From Hypanus sabinus (lineage: Eukaryota): a stretch of 64,000 bases of DNA. The notes under the pieces are model-generated. The model was not told the origin of the DNA. It ran no database searches and saw only the letters and a program-made list of their open reading frames with translations. The translations under genes and the position numbers were made by a program. Location of the stretch: positions 152,954,001 through 153,018,000 of the forward strand of contig NC_082710.1 of the NCBI RefSeq assembly GCF_030144855.1. Reading direction: 5' to 3'. Within the stretch, counting starts at the first letter, position 1. Every line of letters starts with the position of its first letter. Positions 49,540 through 62,970 of this stretch are shown in pieces.

Positions 49540-50620
49540 ATGCTGTGGTCAAATCAACACATAGAACAAACTGGAGGAACTCAGCAGGTCAGGCAGCATC
49601 CTTGGAAACAAACAGTCAATGTTTTGGGACAAGACCCTTCATCAACACTGAAGAGGGAGGGGACAGGTCCCTATGAAGAAGGTGGGGGGAGGGTGGGAAG
49701 GAGAAGGCCGGTGGGTGTCAGGTTAAAAACCAATCAGAGGAAAGATCAAGGGTTGGGGGAGGGCAAGCAGGGAGGGGATAGGCAGGAAAGGTGGAGAAGT
49801 ATGTAAGGTGAAAACATTGAGTAGTAGAAGAAGACAGAATCATGAGAGAGGTGATAGGTGGCTGGAGGAGGAGACAGAGTGATGGGATGGGTGAAGGGAG
49901 AGGGAGGGAATTATTGGAAGTTGGCAAATTCAATGTTCATGCCAAGGGGTTGGAGACTACCCAGACGGTATATGAGGTGTTGCTCCTCCAACCAGAGTTC
50001 GGTCTCATCATGGCAGTAGAGGAGGCCATGTATGGACATATCCGAATGGGAATGTGAAGCAGAGTTGAAGTGGGTGGCAACTGGGAGATCCTGTCTGTTG
50101 TGGCGGATGGAGCCGAGGTGCTCGACGAAGCGGTTCCCCAATCTGCATTGGGTCTCGCCGATATAGAGGAATCCGCACCAAAAGCACCAGATGCAATAGA
50201 TGACCCCAACAGACTCACAAGTGAAGTGTTGCCTCACCTGGAAGGACTATTTGGGGCCCTGATTGATGGTAAGAGAGGAGGTGTAGGGACAGGTGTAGCA
50301 CTTACGCTTACAGGGATAAGTGACAGGTGGGAGATCCATGGGGAGGGACGTGTTGACCAGGGAGTCGCGGAGGGAATGAACCCTGTGGAAAGCTGAGAAT
50401 GTAGAGAGGGAAAGATACGCTTAGTGGTGGGGTCCTGTTGAAGGTGGCAGTAGTTGTGGAGGATAATATGCTAGATCCGAAGGATGGTGGGGTGGTAGGT
50501 GAGGGCAAGGGCAACTCGGTCCCTGGTGTAGTGAGGGGAGGAGGGGGTGAGGGCTGAAGTGCGGGAAATGAAGGAGATGTGGGTGAGGGCATCATTGATG
50601 ACGGCAGAAGGGAAATAACG
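49540..50620 (-). mobile_element. Penelope-like element with GIY-YIG endonuclease remnant
   Basis: ORF 49911..50237 VIYCIWC...LYIGETQCRLGNRFVEH. Confidence 0.88.
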
Positions 50621-50699
50621 ATATTATTTATCATTATATTATTAATATTACAAAATAAAGGGGTTATTTCCACAGGCTAGATCTCAGGTATGTCCTTTC

Positions 50700-53600
50700 A
50701 CAGGATGGACACAGGTAAATAAATCCACAGTGATTGACAAACTCTAGCAGTTGATTCTAACAAGCAGAGCAAGTATCAAGACTGAGCTACTGATAGATGC
50801 AGCCACCAGCCTTAACACCTCAGCCAGTTTCAGGTGTGTCTCATAAATCCAAAAGAGACTCCTCCCAATGATTAGGAGAGAAGATCTCCCCCCCCCCCCC
50901 ACCAAGGCAGATGCCATCATTGCTCTTGGAGGTGTCGGTGTGCTTGGGGTGTTACAGTGGGTCCAGGCACCAGCTGAGACTGGAGTTGTTGTAGACATAA
51001 TGACCCTCTCAAAGCATTTTATCACCGTAGATGTAAGTGCGACTGGATGATAAGGCAGCTCATCCTGCACATCTTGGGCACTGGTATGACTGTTGCCCTT
51101 TTGAAGCAGGTAGGAATTCCCAACTGCAGTTATGAGAGATTGAAAACATCCTTGAACGTACTTGCCAATTAGTTGGTGCTGATTTTCGGAGCCCTACCAG
51201 GTACTCATCGGAGCCAGTCACCTTGAGAGGGTTCTCCCTCTTGAAAGACAGTCTGATGCCAGTCTCCAAAACAGAGATCACAGGGTCACTGGGTGCTGCA
51301 GGGATCCTCATAGTTGTAGTTTTATTGTCCCTTTCAAAGTGTGCTTAAAAGGCATTGTGCTCACCTGGGAGTGAAGGGTGTGCTGTTTCATGCCTGCTTA
51401 TTGCATCACTCAATTTGTCTAGTGGCTGTTTGACGCTGGCCTGAGGTGATTTGTAAACTACTACATCTCACCTCATTTTAGCTGAAACTCACGCGGCAGA
51501 TTAAATGGTCACTAGATATTCTAGGCCAGGTGAGCAGGACTGGGGCAGCACCACCATGTTTGAACAGCACAAAGAGTTGATCATAAAGTATTGACCACCT
51601 TCTTTACCTTTGACTCAGTCCTGTCTTGGTGGTGAATTGTGAAATCATCGAGCTTTATCGTTACGTCCTCAAGGACAGAGGATGTCCAAGTCTCTGTAAA
51701 ACAAAAAAACACTGCAGCCCTTAATGTGCCTCTGGTACAGCAATCTTGCTCTGAGATCTTCAATTTTATTTACCAGAGACTTTACACTTGACAGCAGTAA
51801 ATGTGAATACTTGATGATTTCCATCGAGCTGTTCGCAGGAGACGCCTTTTTCATGGCACCCCAGCCAATGATTTCCTCAGAGAATTTAGGCCCAGCAGTC
51901 ATCATCTCCTGCTTTAGTGACATTCATTTCGTTAGGAATGTAATTGATTGCTGATGATTTTGCTGTGCTTTGAGTGGCAGAGACTGAGTCAAGTCAAGTC
52001 ACTTTTTATTGTCATTTTGACCATAATTGCTGGTACAGTACGCAGTAAAAATGAGACAACATTTTTCAGGACTATGGTGCTATGTGAACAATACAAAAAC
52101 TACACCAGATTAGAGGATCTCATACAGATTTCAAAGATCAAAGGCTCACAGTAAATATTATTATCAAAGTACATATATATAACCATCTACAAATAACTCT
52201 GAGATTCATTGTCCTGCAGGATAATTCATCAAATCTATAGAATAGTAACTGCAACAGGATCGGTGAAAGATCAACAGAGTGCGGAAAACTACAAACTGTT
52301 CAAAAGCAAATACAAATAAATAACGAGAACATGAGATAACAAGATGAAGTGTCCTTAAATTGAGATAATTGGTTTGGGAACATCTCAATGGATGGGCATG
52401 CAGTGCAGATATCACTTTTGTTCAAGAGTCTGGTGGTTGAGGTGTAGTAATTGATCTTGAACCTTGTGGTGCATGTCCTAAGGCTCTTGTACCTTCTACC
52501 TGATGGCAGAAAAAAACAGCATGGGTGATGGTGATCATTGATGGCTAATGCTTTCCTTTGACAGCGTTTCATGTAGATGCACTCAATGGTTGGGAGGGCT
52601 TTACCCTTGATGTAATGTGTCGAATCCACTACCTTTTGGATGATTTTCTGTTCAACAGCATTGGTGTTTTTATATGAGGCTGTGATGCAGCCAGTCAATA
52701 AATGTCAACAACATACCTATTGAAGTTTGTTAAAGGTTTAGCTGACATGTTAAATCTTCACAGACTCCTTAGGAAGTCGAGGTGCTGCTGTGCTTATTTC
52801 ACAATTGCACTTACTTGCTGAGTCCAGGACAGATCCTCTAAAATAGTAACACCCAGGAATTTAAAGTTGCTAATCCTCTGATGTGGACTGGCTCATGGAC
52901 TTCTGGCTTCCCTCTTCTGATATCTTCAATCAGTTCCTTGGTCTGGCTGACAATGAGAGAGAAGTTGGTGTTATGATACCACTCAGCCAAATTTTTAGTC
53001 TCCCTCTTGAATGCTAATACGTCACCACCTTTGATGCAGCCCTCAACAGTGGTATCATCAGCAAATTTGAATATTGCATTGGATCTGTGCTTGGCCTCAC
53101 AGTCATAGGTGTACAGTGAGTACAGCAGGGGACTCAGCACAGAGCCCTGTGATGCACCTCTGCTGATGAAGATTATGGAAGAGATTGTGTTGCTTATCTG
53201 AACTGACTGGGGTCTGTCAGGACACTGAAGCAGAGACCCAATTGCGGAACCAGTACCGTGCAGACTGTGATATTTATTGAGTAACAAATCCAGAGGAATA
53301 ATAAATTCAGCATCAAAGTTCAGGCAGAGATCAAAAAATCCAGAGAAATCCAAAAATCAGAATCTGGATCAAGCAGTCCATACTCAGAAGGACAGAGTTT
53401 AGACATGAATGCTGGAAAGGCTCAGGAAAGCTGACTGGCACAATCTGGCAAAACACAGGACTAAAATACACTGAGCAATAAACAGAGAGGCAGATAATAG
53501 GTGAATCACAATGAGACACAAGTGGCAGTAATACAGGTAATAATGAGAAACCGGTGAGGAGCAGGGTAATCAGTGATACAGGGGCCAGAGCTGAACAGGG

Positions 53601-54210
53601 GCAGGGACAGGAGCATATGGCATTACAAAAACACAATGATGGCTAGGGGGAAACACAAAAAAAGACTGAGTTCAACAGGGGTCTGCAAGAAAGGAAATAC
53701 TGGATCCAGTTGAGGCTAAGATCTTGGAGGTTATTGATTAGTTTCAAGGGGATTCTAGCATTGAAAGCTGGGCTGTAGTCAATAACAAGGATCCTGATGT
53801 ATGAATCTTTGCTGTCCAGTTGTTCTTGGATTGTGTGAAGCACCAGTGAGATGCATCTGCTGTAGAGCTATTGCTCTGCTAGGCAAATTAGAGTGGATCC
53901 AAATCACCTCTTACTCAGGAACTGATATGTTTCATCAGCAGCCTCTCAAACCATTCATCATCGTGAATGTAAGTGCAAGATTGGGGCAGGTCACTATGCT
54001 GTTCTTCAGCACCTGTAAAATTGAAGCCTACTTGAAGCAGTGGGTACCATATACTTCTGATGTGAGAGGTTAAAGATCTCAGTGAACACACAAGCCATTT
54101 AGTCGGCAGAGGTTTTTAGTACAATGCCAGGTACCTTGTCTGATCAGGTCTGGCTGCTTTCTGTGGATTCACCCTCCTGAAAGCTGCTTTCACATCAGTT
54201 TCAGATGCTG
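50700..54210 (-). mobile_element. Series of Rex1/Babar-type LINE fragments
   Basis: PVALTSTVIKCFERV, GASQGSVLSP...KFADDTTV (52838..53353), (AGTCA)n tail at about 51985. Confidence 0.75.
53215..53677 (-). mobile_element. Solo LTR (463 bp) inserted in a Rex LINE, TSD GGGGTC
   Basis: TGTCAGG...TTCAACA; GGGGTC at 53209-53214 and 53678-53683; host LINE reads through when the insert is removed. Confidence 0.75.
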
Positions 54211-54212
54211 AG

Positions 54213-55230
54213 TGTCACCATGGTTCAGATATGGCCCAGGTGCAGAGTGAGAGACACCAAAATGGTTCAATATTGCACAAAACTTTAATGCGAGCAGTGT
54301 TCGAGGGAAAATAAAACAATAAAGCAAGGCCAAACTGGGCTGTTAGCTAAAACTCTCAAACAGAAAACAAAGCCTACACTGCAGTTAAAAAGAACATCTA
54401 ATTATTAAACAAATACTGCAAGTCGTCAGAGTCCATTGACTCCACAGTCCAATTTCTCAGGCAAGGCTGATGCAGAACAGAAGTGAAGCATTACTGTGCC
54501 TTAAGGCTCGACAAGCACTATGACAGGTATGCTGTTAAGTACTGTTACGATTAAATAATAATTAGCTGACACATGAAAATTCACAAGTTCCATTGCCATA
54601 TCTACTGCACTGTCGAATCAGTGGTCGTGACAGAGCCCCCCACTCTAGGCGCAGCCCCTGAGATGCCACAGACCAGTGTGCGCTGAAAGTCTCGGATCAG
54701 TGACTTGTCCAAGATGTCCATTGCTGGGATCCAAGTAAGTTCTTCTGGGCCCTACCCTTCCCAGTCCAAAAGGTACTGGACCTGACCACGTATCCGGCGA
54801 GATGCCAGGAGGTGCCGCACAGTATAGACATGGGAACTGTCTACGAGGTGGGGAGGAGGGGGTGGGGTGATGAGACCAGAGGAGATGTAGTAACCAGCTT
54901 GAGATGGGAAACATGGAATACTGGGTGGATCATCAGTGATGCTAGAAGATGCATCTATAGGACACATTGTTTACAGCCTTTTCCACTACAAACTGTCCCA
55001 CGTAGCGTGCTGCCAATTTCTGGTTTCCAACTTTCAGGGGAAGATCGCTTCATGACAACCAGACCTTCTCTCCAGGCTTGAATGACCTCACCTGTCGACG
55101 GAGCTGATCAGCCTGCCGGGAACGCTGTTTCTGGGCGTGCAGCAGAGAAGCCCTGGCTCATCCCCAGGTGAGCTTGTAGCGCTGGATCAGCTGTTCAGCA
55201 GCAGGAACTCCTACGTCAATCTCCTGATCA
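54213..55230 (-). mobile_element. Chromovirus-type Gypsy 3' end: integrase/chromodomain remnant, PPT and 3' LTR (54213-54632)
   Basis: PPPHLVDSSHVYTVRHLLASRRIRGQVQYLLDWEG chromodomain; agagtggggggctc PPT abutting LTR TGTCAC...GTGACA. Confidence 0.85.
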
Positions 55231-56539
55231 GGGAAGAGCAGGGGTCTGTTCCTGTGCTGTACCATGTTCTAAGCTTCTTATCATTCAAATTTTCTCAGGT
55301 TCTAATATGACAAATTCCAGTTTGAGGCTGATATCTCACAAAGGCTAGACAATTATTATTTCCAACAAGGGAGAATTGAGCCACCTGTCTTTGACATTGA
55401 ACACTTTATCATTGTTGAATCCTTCACCACAAGTACCTTGACTGTCGTCATGTAACACAGTCCTGCATAGAATGGTATCTAATGACCCCTAGTATTTCCA
55501 ATGCCTAGAATGATAGCAAGTGTGCTGTATGAGTGAAACTTTTGAACTCAACAATACCAACACAATGACTGCACTATTACAAAACCTTAGCACTATCCTG
55601 CCCAGTTGATCAGTGTCATGTCTGCCACCTATCACTCCTGTAGCACTAATACAATGGAGCTGCGGTAGATGTTGTCAACAGATTCTGTCACAACACTCTG
55701 AAGGCCACCAATAATGTAACAGGAGTGGTTGTCAGGCTGGGTTTGAACCAGGGTTGTTATGAAGTTCTATATCTTTAGTCAGTGAACTACCAGGAGAAAC
55801 TTAGATTAGTGAACCCAAATGCAGAGAAGACCAGAGCTGAGGATGGAATTGAAGAAAGAACCTACATTTGTGGTTTGGTTAGCAGAGAACACGGGCTAGG
55901 ACTCGAGAATCACTTCCCAAAGGGTAGGTAAATTCCAGACTGAGCAGAGATGAACAGAACAAAGCAACTTATAGACAAACAAAGCAAGATACAGATGCAC
56001 AGGTAACTAAAGCAGGACATGGAAATAATCAGCTAATAATCAGGGCAGCAGGAACTTTTTGCTTTCTGTCATCTTGTCTACTATTTTTGGTTTCTCTCTG
56101 TCTCTCCCTCCCTCCCATAGCGTTTGCAGTGTATCTTGGTTGTTATGTCTGTTTCTGCTGTTTTGTTTGCTGTCTTACAGCTGGATGGCCAGCATTCCCT
56201 TACAGTGTGGGACTTACTGCATGTTAGAATTGATTGTGCCTTGCACGTTCCATATCAGATATACAGAGAAGCTGTGACATTGATCCCACCACTTCAAAAC
56301 AGTTGGAAAGTTTTGGTAACACATGACAAACTCTGAATTGTAAAAACAAGAGTAATAATCTTATGGTGCTAGTAACTATCAGAAAGCACTGCTGGAGACA
56401 GTGAAGTGTTGTGTGGAGGCCTTTGTGGGCATGCATTGTGGAGTTATAAACACTTTGCTGATGTCCTTTGATCCACAAATAACAAACACATGGAATGTTA
56501 ATTACCTTTCTCAGCCTGGCAAAGTGTTACATCCAGCAG

Positions 56540-56800
56540 CATCGGGGTCAGACCTAGGTTCACCCCAGTGTTGGTCTCTGTCATCAGACTCTCCCCATTG
56601 TCAGGCTGTCGGCTGTGTCCAGGATTCCACAGTGTCAGGGTCTGTTCCAGACTCTCCCAACATGCCGTGAATTCTCCATCATGTCAGACTGTGACTCCAG
56701 AAACACCCCTGTTAGGCTTTCTCATCATTCATCCCTCTCAAAGTTGGGCTTCCCCCAATGTTAGACTCCAAATCTGGACCTTTCCCAATGACAGATTCTC
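56540..56800. repeat. Degenerate minisatellite-like (cagactctcc / tgtcag) array
   Basis: Repeated cagactctccc and tgtcag words with irregular spacing. Confidence 0.35.
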
Positions 56801-59099
56801 TGTCTGGATGCTCCCAGTATTGGACATTATCCTGAGATTCTTCACAGTCTGCATGATATCCCCAGGATATTTCTGTATTAGTGATTTTTTTATTATTGCT
56901 GTGCCATTATTTTTTCTGTTTACTGCCGAATTAACTTCAACTATTCAGGAACCAAAAGGTCTGTGTAGATAGCCTAAAGGGAACCTATTAGTTGCTCTTC
57001 ACTTGGAAATGTACTGTGTGGTGTTGTGGCTATAGTACTGTTAGGATCGTCACAGACAGGCAGAGGACATCTGGAAAGGGAAAATTTATATGGGATAGAA
57101 AGGGATAACTCTCATTTCATCACAATAAAATAGTGTAAAGCAAACTTGATGCTTCCTGGGTGTTTCAAGAAAGCCCTTTTTCAGAAAGTGAAATTGATGA
57201 ATGATAAATCTTAGTCCATTTTTATTAATGGCTGGAAGTCAGTTCAGTTTCTAAAAGTGAAACAGGAACAGTGGTTTGGGAAAAATTAGTACATTATAGT
57301 GAATAAACAATCAATACATACACAAAGTGGACACACAATCTCAGTTTTCTTTTGTACTGAATAATAATTTTTTTCAGAGCTTATGAGAAGGAGAATTATA
57401 ATTAATAGCATGCAGAAATTGAATCATTGTACTGATTGAAAATATATGGTAGAGAAAGAAAATGTAGCATCAGTTATTTATTTACTGTATTTATTTATTT
57501 AGTGATACAGCATGGAACAAGCCCTTTTGGCCTTCAGGTCACACCGTTCCAGCAAACTCCGACCAACCAGATTAACTCCACGCATTCCACGGCGGTCATT
57601 ACAGATCAGCGCCAGAATTGAACTCTGAACTCCAGAAAACCCTGAGCTGTAATAGCATTGCTCTAACTGCTCTGCTATCATGGCACCTGTATACATTTTA
57701 ATATCTTCCTAATCAGAATCAGCAAAGTGAAAGACAGAATAGTGATTTGATAGTTTTTTCATGGCAATGTTTGTGGTCTTGTGATGAAGGAACAGACATG
57801 AAGTAGCCCAGCCTCCCTCAAGGAAATCCAGATCAAGTAGCAAAAGTATTCAAGCAATCCACAATCGGTTGACAAGATCAGTTGATAGCCCAAGTACGGC
57901 CATGTTGAAAGTTACCATTGGCCTTTTCTATAGATACTACTGCCTGTATATGTACTAAAGGGAAGCAGCAAAAAATGCAAAAGTCTAAGTCATATTTGCA
58001 CTGAAAACTGTGTGCTTAATATGTTACATTGCTGACAAATAACCAGATGAAAAAGTTAAATAGCTCAGAGGGTCTGCCCCCTGCCTCAACCCCATAGGTT
58101 ACCTCTTCTCTCCCATTCCCACTTCCCCAACTCCTCAATAGGTTGTCAATGTGCACTGGTGATCTATTGGGACCTTGGTAAATGTATATCTGGATGGATG
58201 GTGGCCCTGAGCTTAAGTTGTAATGCAGGCCCAGACATTAATTTGAACACATTGCTGCTCAGTTCAAAAATTCACAAGGGAAGCAACACCTAGAGGGCAT
58301 AGCTTTAAGTGAGAAATTTTGAATAATGAAAATAAAAGCCAATGGATATAGGCCAATGGCAAGCAAATGGAACTGGCTTAGCTGGGCACCTTTGTCGGCA
58401 TGGAGAAGTTGATCTGACAGGACAATTTCTATGCTGTTTTACTCTGACTTTCAAACAAAGTATTGGTTAAATGATTGATCAAGTCATACAGCATGGAAAA
58501 AACACTGTTCAGTCCACCATTTCCACACCAATTAGTGATCACCCATCTGTATTAATCTCACCTTCCACACTTAGTCTGTAGCTTCCATATATGGGAAATT
58601 CAAGTGTATATCTAGACACTCCTTGAGTGCTATCAATGGCTCTCTTTCCACCGCTCTCTCAGGCAGTGCATTCCAGCACTCTCTTGGTAAAACCCAGTAC
58701 AGTTTTCCTCACATCCTAAGCTAGAAACAAAATAAATTGCCTTAGTGATGGGTAAGCAGGTCTGATCGGTTATTTCAGCCCTGGGAGCTCAATAAACAAA
58801 TGATCCCAGAATGATCAGTCCAAAGACATTGTGTTCTTGATGGTCTGAAGCTACACAGTGGCTGAGAAGGTGGTCACTTTACACCTTGTCAACAGTGGAC
58901 CTGTAATTCTCTTGGTACTGATATCCACAAGCACAGGAAACCCAAATCCAAAGTCAAGAACATTTGACTTATCTGCAGACCAGGCCAAAGGCAAATGCCT
59001 TAATCTCTCTGCACTTCGGTGAAAAGACTTGCTGCTAACCCAGTGTTCACAGCAGTAATGTCTGTAAGTTTTGGTTTGTGTACTCATGAATCAGCATGG

Positions 59100-59470
59100 G
59101 TATTTAACCAGACTTACTCTGTGCCCTCTTAGAAAGAGACAACATGGAAGCAGGTCCCTCACCACACCATTCATGAGCATTGGACACCTACTTTATGCTA
59201 ATCCTACTCTTAACCCACTTTATTCTTCCTATATTCTTATCAAGCTCCTCCATACCTGCCACTGACTACATGCAATAAAGGGCAATATACAGCACCCTTT
59301 TAATCTACCAACTGCATGTTTCTGTGAGTAGTGTGGAAACCAGAGTTCCTGGGACAAAGTGTAATCACAGGGAGTACATGCAAAATCCACACAGACAGTG
59401 CCAGAGGTCAGGACTGAACTCGGGTCTCTGGAGATGTGAGGCAGCAGTTGTACCTACTGCATCCCTACAT
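59100..59470 (-). mobile_element. tRNA-headed V-SINE (HE1-like)
   Basis: B-box-like gagttcagtcctg, V-domain-like ggaaaccagagttcc...gggagtacatgcaaaatccacacagacag, CR1-like tail. Confidence 0.6.
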
Positions 59471-59619
59471 AGACCAGAGCATTTGTAACATTGTGCAAGC
59501 TGGGTGAATTCAAAGGCCTGGAGTGATACTCCAAGTTTATTTCATTTACTTGTATTTCCCATCTAACATTTAACTTTCTGTCAACAAGCAACTAGTCCAT
59601 GATCCCTGATTATGCAATT

Positions 59620-61720
59620 ATGACAGAATCAAAGAAGTATACAGCACAGAATTGAGCCATTTTGGACCACTTCATTCATACCAACCATGGTGCCTATCTT
59701 CACCAATTCTGTTTGTCCTCATTAGGCACCTATCCCTGTATGCTGCCCCTATTCAAGTACTTGTCCAAATTCTTTCAAATATTGTATCTGCCTCTATCAC
59801 TTTGGCAGTTCATTCTAGATATTCAGCAATCTCTGAACAAAACACTTACTCCTAGGATCTCCATTCATTGCCTTTCCTCTCACCTTGAAAATGAACCATC
59901 AAGTTCTAGATTCCCTGAGTGGGTTTTGGCACCTTCTGTGTAAACATTCTTCTCATCTGAGATTATAGAAACAGAAACCCTACAGCATAATACAGGCCCT
60001 TCAGCCCACAAAGCTGTGCCAAACATGTCCTTACCTAAGAAATTACCTAGGTTACCCATAGCCCTCTATTTTACTGAGCTCCATGTACCTATCCAGGAGT
60101 CTCTTAAAAGACCCTATCGTATCCGCCTCCACCACTGTAGCCAGCAGCCCATTCCAAGCACACACCACTCTCTGCGTAAAAAAACTTACCTCTGATATCT
60201 CTGTACCTACTTCCAGCACCTGAAAACTGTGCCCTCTTGTGCTAGCCATTTCAGCCCTGGGGGAAAGGGATCATTAGAGTAAATTTCTCCTTCCTCTGCA
60301 AAACTCCTCAACTTATAATCACAGACTCTATCCACGAAGGGGTGGGGTAGGGGAGTTTCAGTAATCCTACAGCTAAAATTTGCCCAAATCTCCAAAACTT
60401 TCCAGGGAATGAACTAGGAAATAGACTATTCCCAGGCTGAGGAGGTAACGCACTCTTCCACTCACTGACAACAGGACACTGTGTGGAGATTGGATTATTC
60501 TCAGTCTGGAATTCTTGCTGCCAATTCCAGGACAGATTCTCCCAAGACAAGTACAACAGGCCACTTGGGAACAATAGGAGGAAAGGAATGGGAGAATGAA
60601 ATAATCAAGAGGTGTGGAGTGGGTGTAGGAGGAACTGGCTGGAGCAGAAGAGACAACAAGAAGCAGGAGGAAGCAGATTGTCTTAACTGAGGTAAGGTAA
60701 AAACAACTCCATTAATTTAATTAAGACGGTAACTATGATTCTAATAATGTGTGTTCAACTTTTTTGATTTCTATAATTAAACAGTCAATAATTCAGCACC
60801 CTTGGGTTTTTGGTGGTATCAGACCAATGGATATTCCAGAGTATTGGATATTATTCCTATCAGCTCCTAAACACATGTTTTCACATGTTACACATGGGAT
60901 AATACATTTTCCAGTGATCCCAGGGAGTTTATAGGAAATAGGACATGGAGACTGGAGAGAGTACATGACGGGTCTGCAGGATGCTGCCTGGATTAGAGGC
61001 TATGAACTTTAAGGAAAGGTTGGAAAAACTTTTTTTAACCATAGAACATCAAAGACTGAGGTGAGAACTTATTGACAGGTTTAAACTTATGAGAGGAATA
61101 GACAGGTTGGACAGTCAGAATCCATTCCCGAGGGTAGGAATGTCAAACACCAAAGAGCATACCTTCAAGGTTAGAGGGGAGAATCTTTTTACAGAGAATG
61201 GTAGGTGCTTGGTGACAAATAGTAGATGAATTAAGTAGTTTGTTGGGGTTTAAGGACATTTAGGTAGGCACAGTATGAAGTGTAAGGATGATACACCAGA
61301 GGAGGGCATTTAGTATGAATTAGCATTAAGATCAGTACAACTTCATGGGATGAACAACTTATCCACTGTTCTATGCATGCAGTCAGTCCGGGACCTCTTT
61401 CCAAGCAGAAACTAAACTTGGTTATGATATAAGAACATAAGAAATAGGAGCAGCTGTAGGCCATCTGGCCCATCAAGTCCGCCCATCCATTCAATAAGAT
61501 CATGGCTGATTTGTCCGTAAACTCAGCTCCATCTAGCTGCCTTTTCCTCATAACCCTTAATTCCTTCCTATGTAAAAACCTATCTGACTGTTTCTTTGAC
61601 CTATTAGGTCAAGAAGCCTCAACTGCTTCCCTGGGCAGAGCATTCCACAGATACACCACTCTCTGGGAAAAACTGTTTCTCCTCATTTCCATCCTAAATC
61701 TTCTTTGGATATTGGGGATG
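59620..61720. mobile_element. Cluster of CR1 3' ends (both strands)
   Basis: atagaaacagaaaccc, aagaacataagaaataggagc tails and CR1 3' phrases. Confidence 0.7.
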
Positions 61721-61779
61721 GGCATCAGTGGAATCTGTGGAGAGAATTTGTTTTTCAATCCAAGTGAAGTTGAACTTCA

Positions 61780-62680
61780 ACATGACAGGCTGTAGGGCAA
61801 GCCAATTAACAACTAAGGGGTAGGATTAATGATTGGGTACAGGGGGTGTCAGTGCAGCCAATACTAAGGCTCAGTGAGCAAGGACTACAGTCAAAGTTCT
61901 TTCTGCTATCACACAAGGAGGGGCTGCTTAAATTCTTCTCTTTAATGTCTCTTTTTTACCTTTTCAAGGTGGCTGGGGTTCTGTTGGAGTCTGTGATCTA
62001 CAGCTGCACTCAAACGATGCTTCTTTATGGCAGTGGGTTCCCATTTCTGAAGCTCACCAATCGGCCGTTTTCGATATCTCCAGGACTGGCTCGAAAGACG
62101 TGCGGCTTCGGGGTATGACCTCAAGTGGCCCCTGTGGACTCAATTCCTTGCTGGTGTCAACAACTGAAGCATCGCAGGAGAACAACTGATGGAACATCGT
62201 GACAGCAGGTGCAGCTGTCGGAGGCCTCTGCATTGCCTGTGTCTCTCGTTGGAGAAACTTGGAATAAAAGCAACAGTGCAGATTGTAACATTGTAACAGT
62301 GAGTTGTTTGTTCATCTCCCATCTCTCTATGGAAAGGGTGCCATCTCTCTTTCTCTCTTGTAAGTGAGAAAGAGAGGGTCTGTGCCATGTCATATTGTTG
62401 GGAGAACAATGGCTTTTGTTGGACTGCATATCACGGTCTCACTTTGGGGGCTTGTTATTGCTTGCTTGGCAGGTGGTGGGCATTGATGTTTCCTGCTGTA
62501 ACAAGTGGGGCAAGGGGAAGAGAGGAGGGTTGATGTTTTGTTGCTGCATGTGCATGGGGGGGTCTTTGGGCTTCTATCATTTTTATGTTATTCATACTTT
62601 GGGGTTTTCTTGTTTCATGGATGTTGGTGAACAGTAAGCATTTCAGGCTGTATACTGTATACATTCTCTGATATTAAATG
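61780..62680 (+). repeat. Unclassified interspersed repeat (family shared with 170-425)
   Basis: Shared 3' tail; no coding motif recognised. Confidence 0.45.
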
Positions 62681-62884
62681 AGCCATTTATTTTTTTTAAA
62701 AAAAAGCCTCACTGCTGACGGTGCAGCTCACCAAGGTACGACAATCCTGTTGGGAAAAATATCTACCTACAGCTTTTTGCTTTCTCACACTGAAGCTTCG
62801 AAGCTAAAACCTCAAAATCCCCACTTCAACTATCCACTCAAATGATGGCTACTCCACTTGCTCCTGCCTTCATTTAATTTGTTC

Positions 62885-62970
62885 TTGCCAATCAATGCTG
62901 ATCGCTGATTGGCCGTTGCTCAAAACACCAAACTGCCACGTGTCAGTGATTCATATACTCAATTGGCAAA
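62885..62970. promoter_or_regulatory. Promoter-like motif cluster: inverted CCAAT pair, CACGTG box, third ATTGG
   Basis: CCAAT 62888, ATTGG 62908, GCCACGTGTCA 62935-62945, ATTGG 62962, in non-repetitive, mildly CpG-rich DNA. Confidence 0.4.

Noticed and set aside
60560-60697. Strong donor CTGAG|GTAAGG after a purine-rich stretch
   Set aside because: No clear acceptor or recognisable product.
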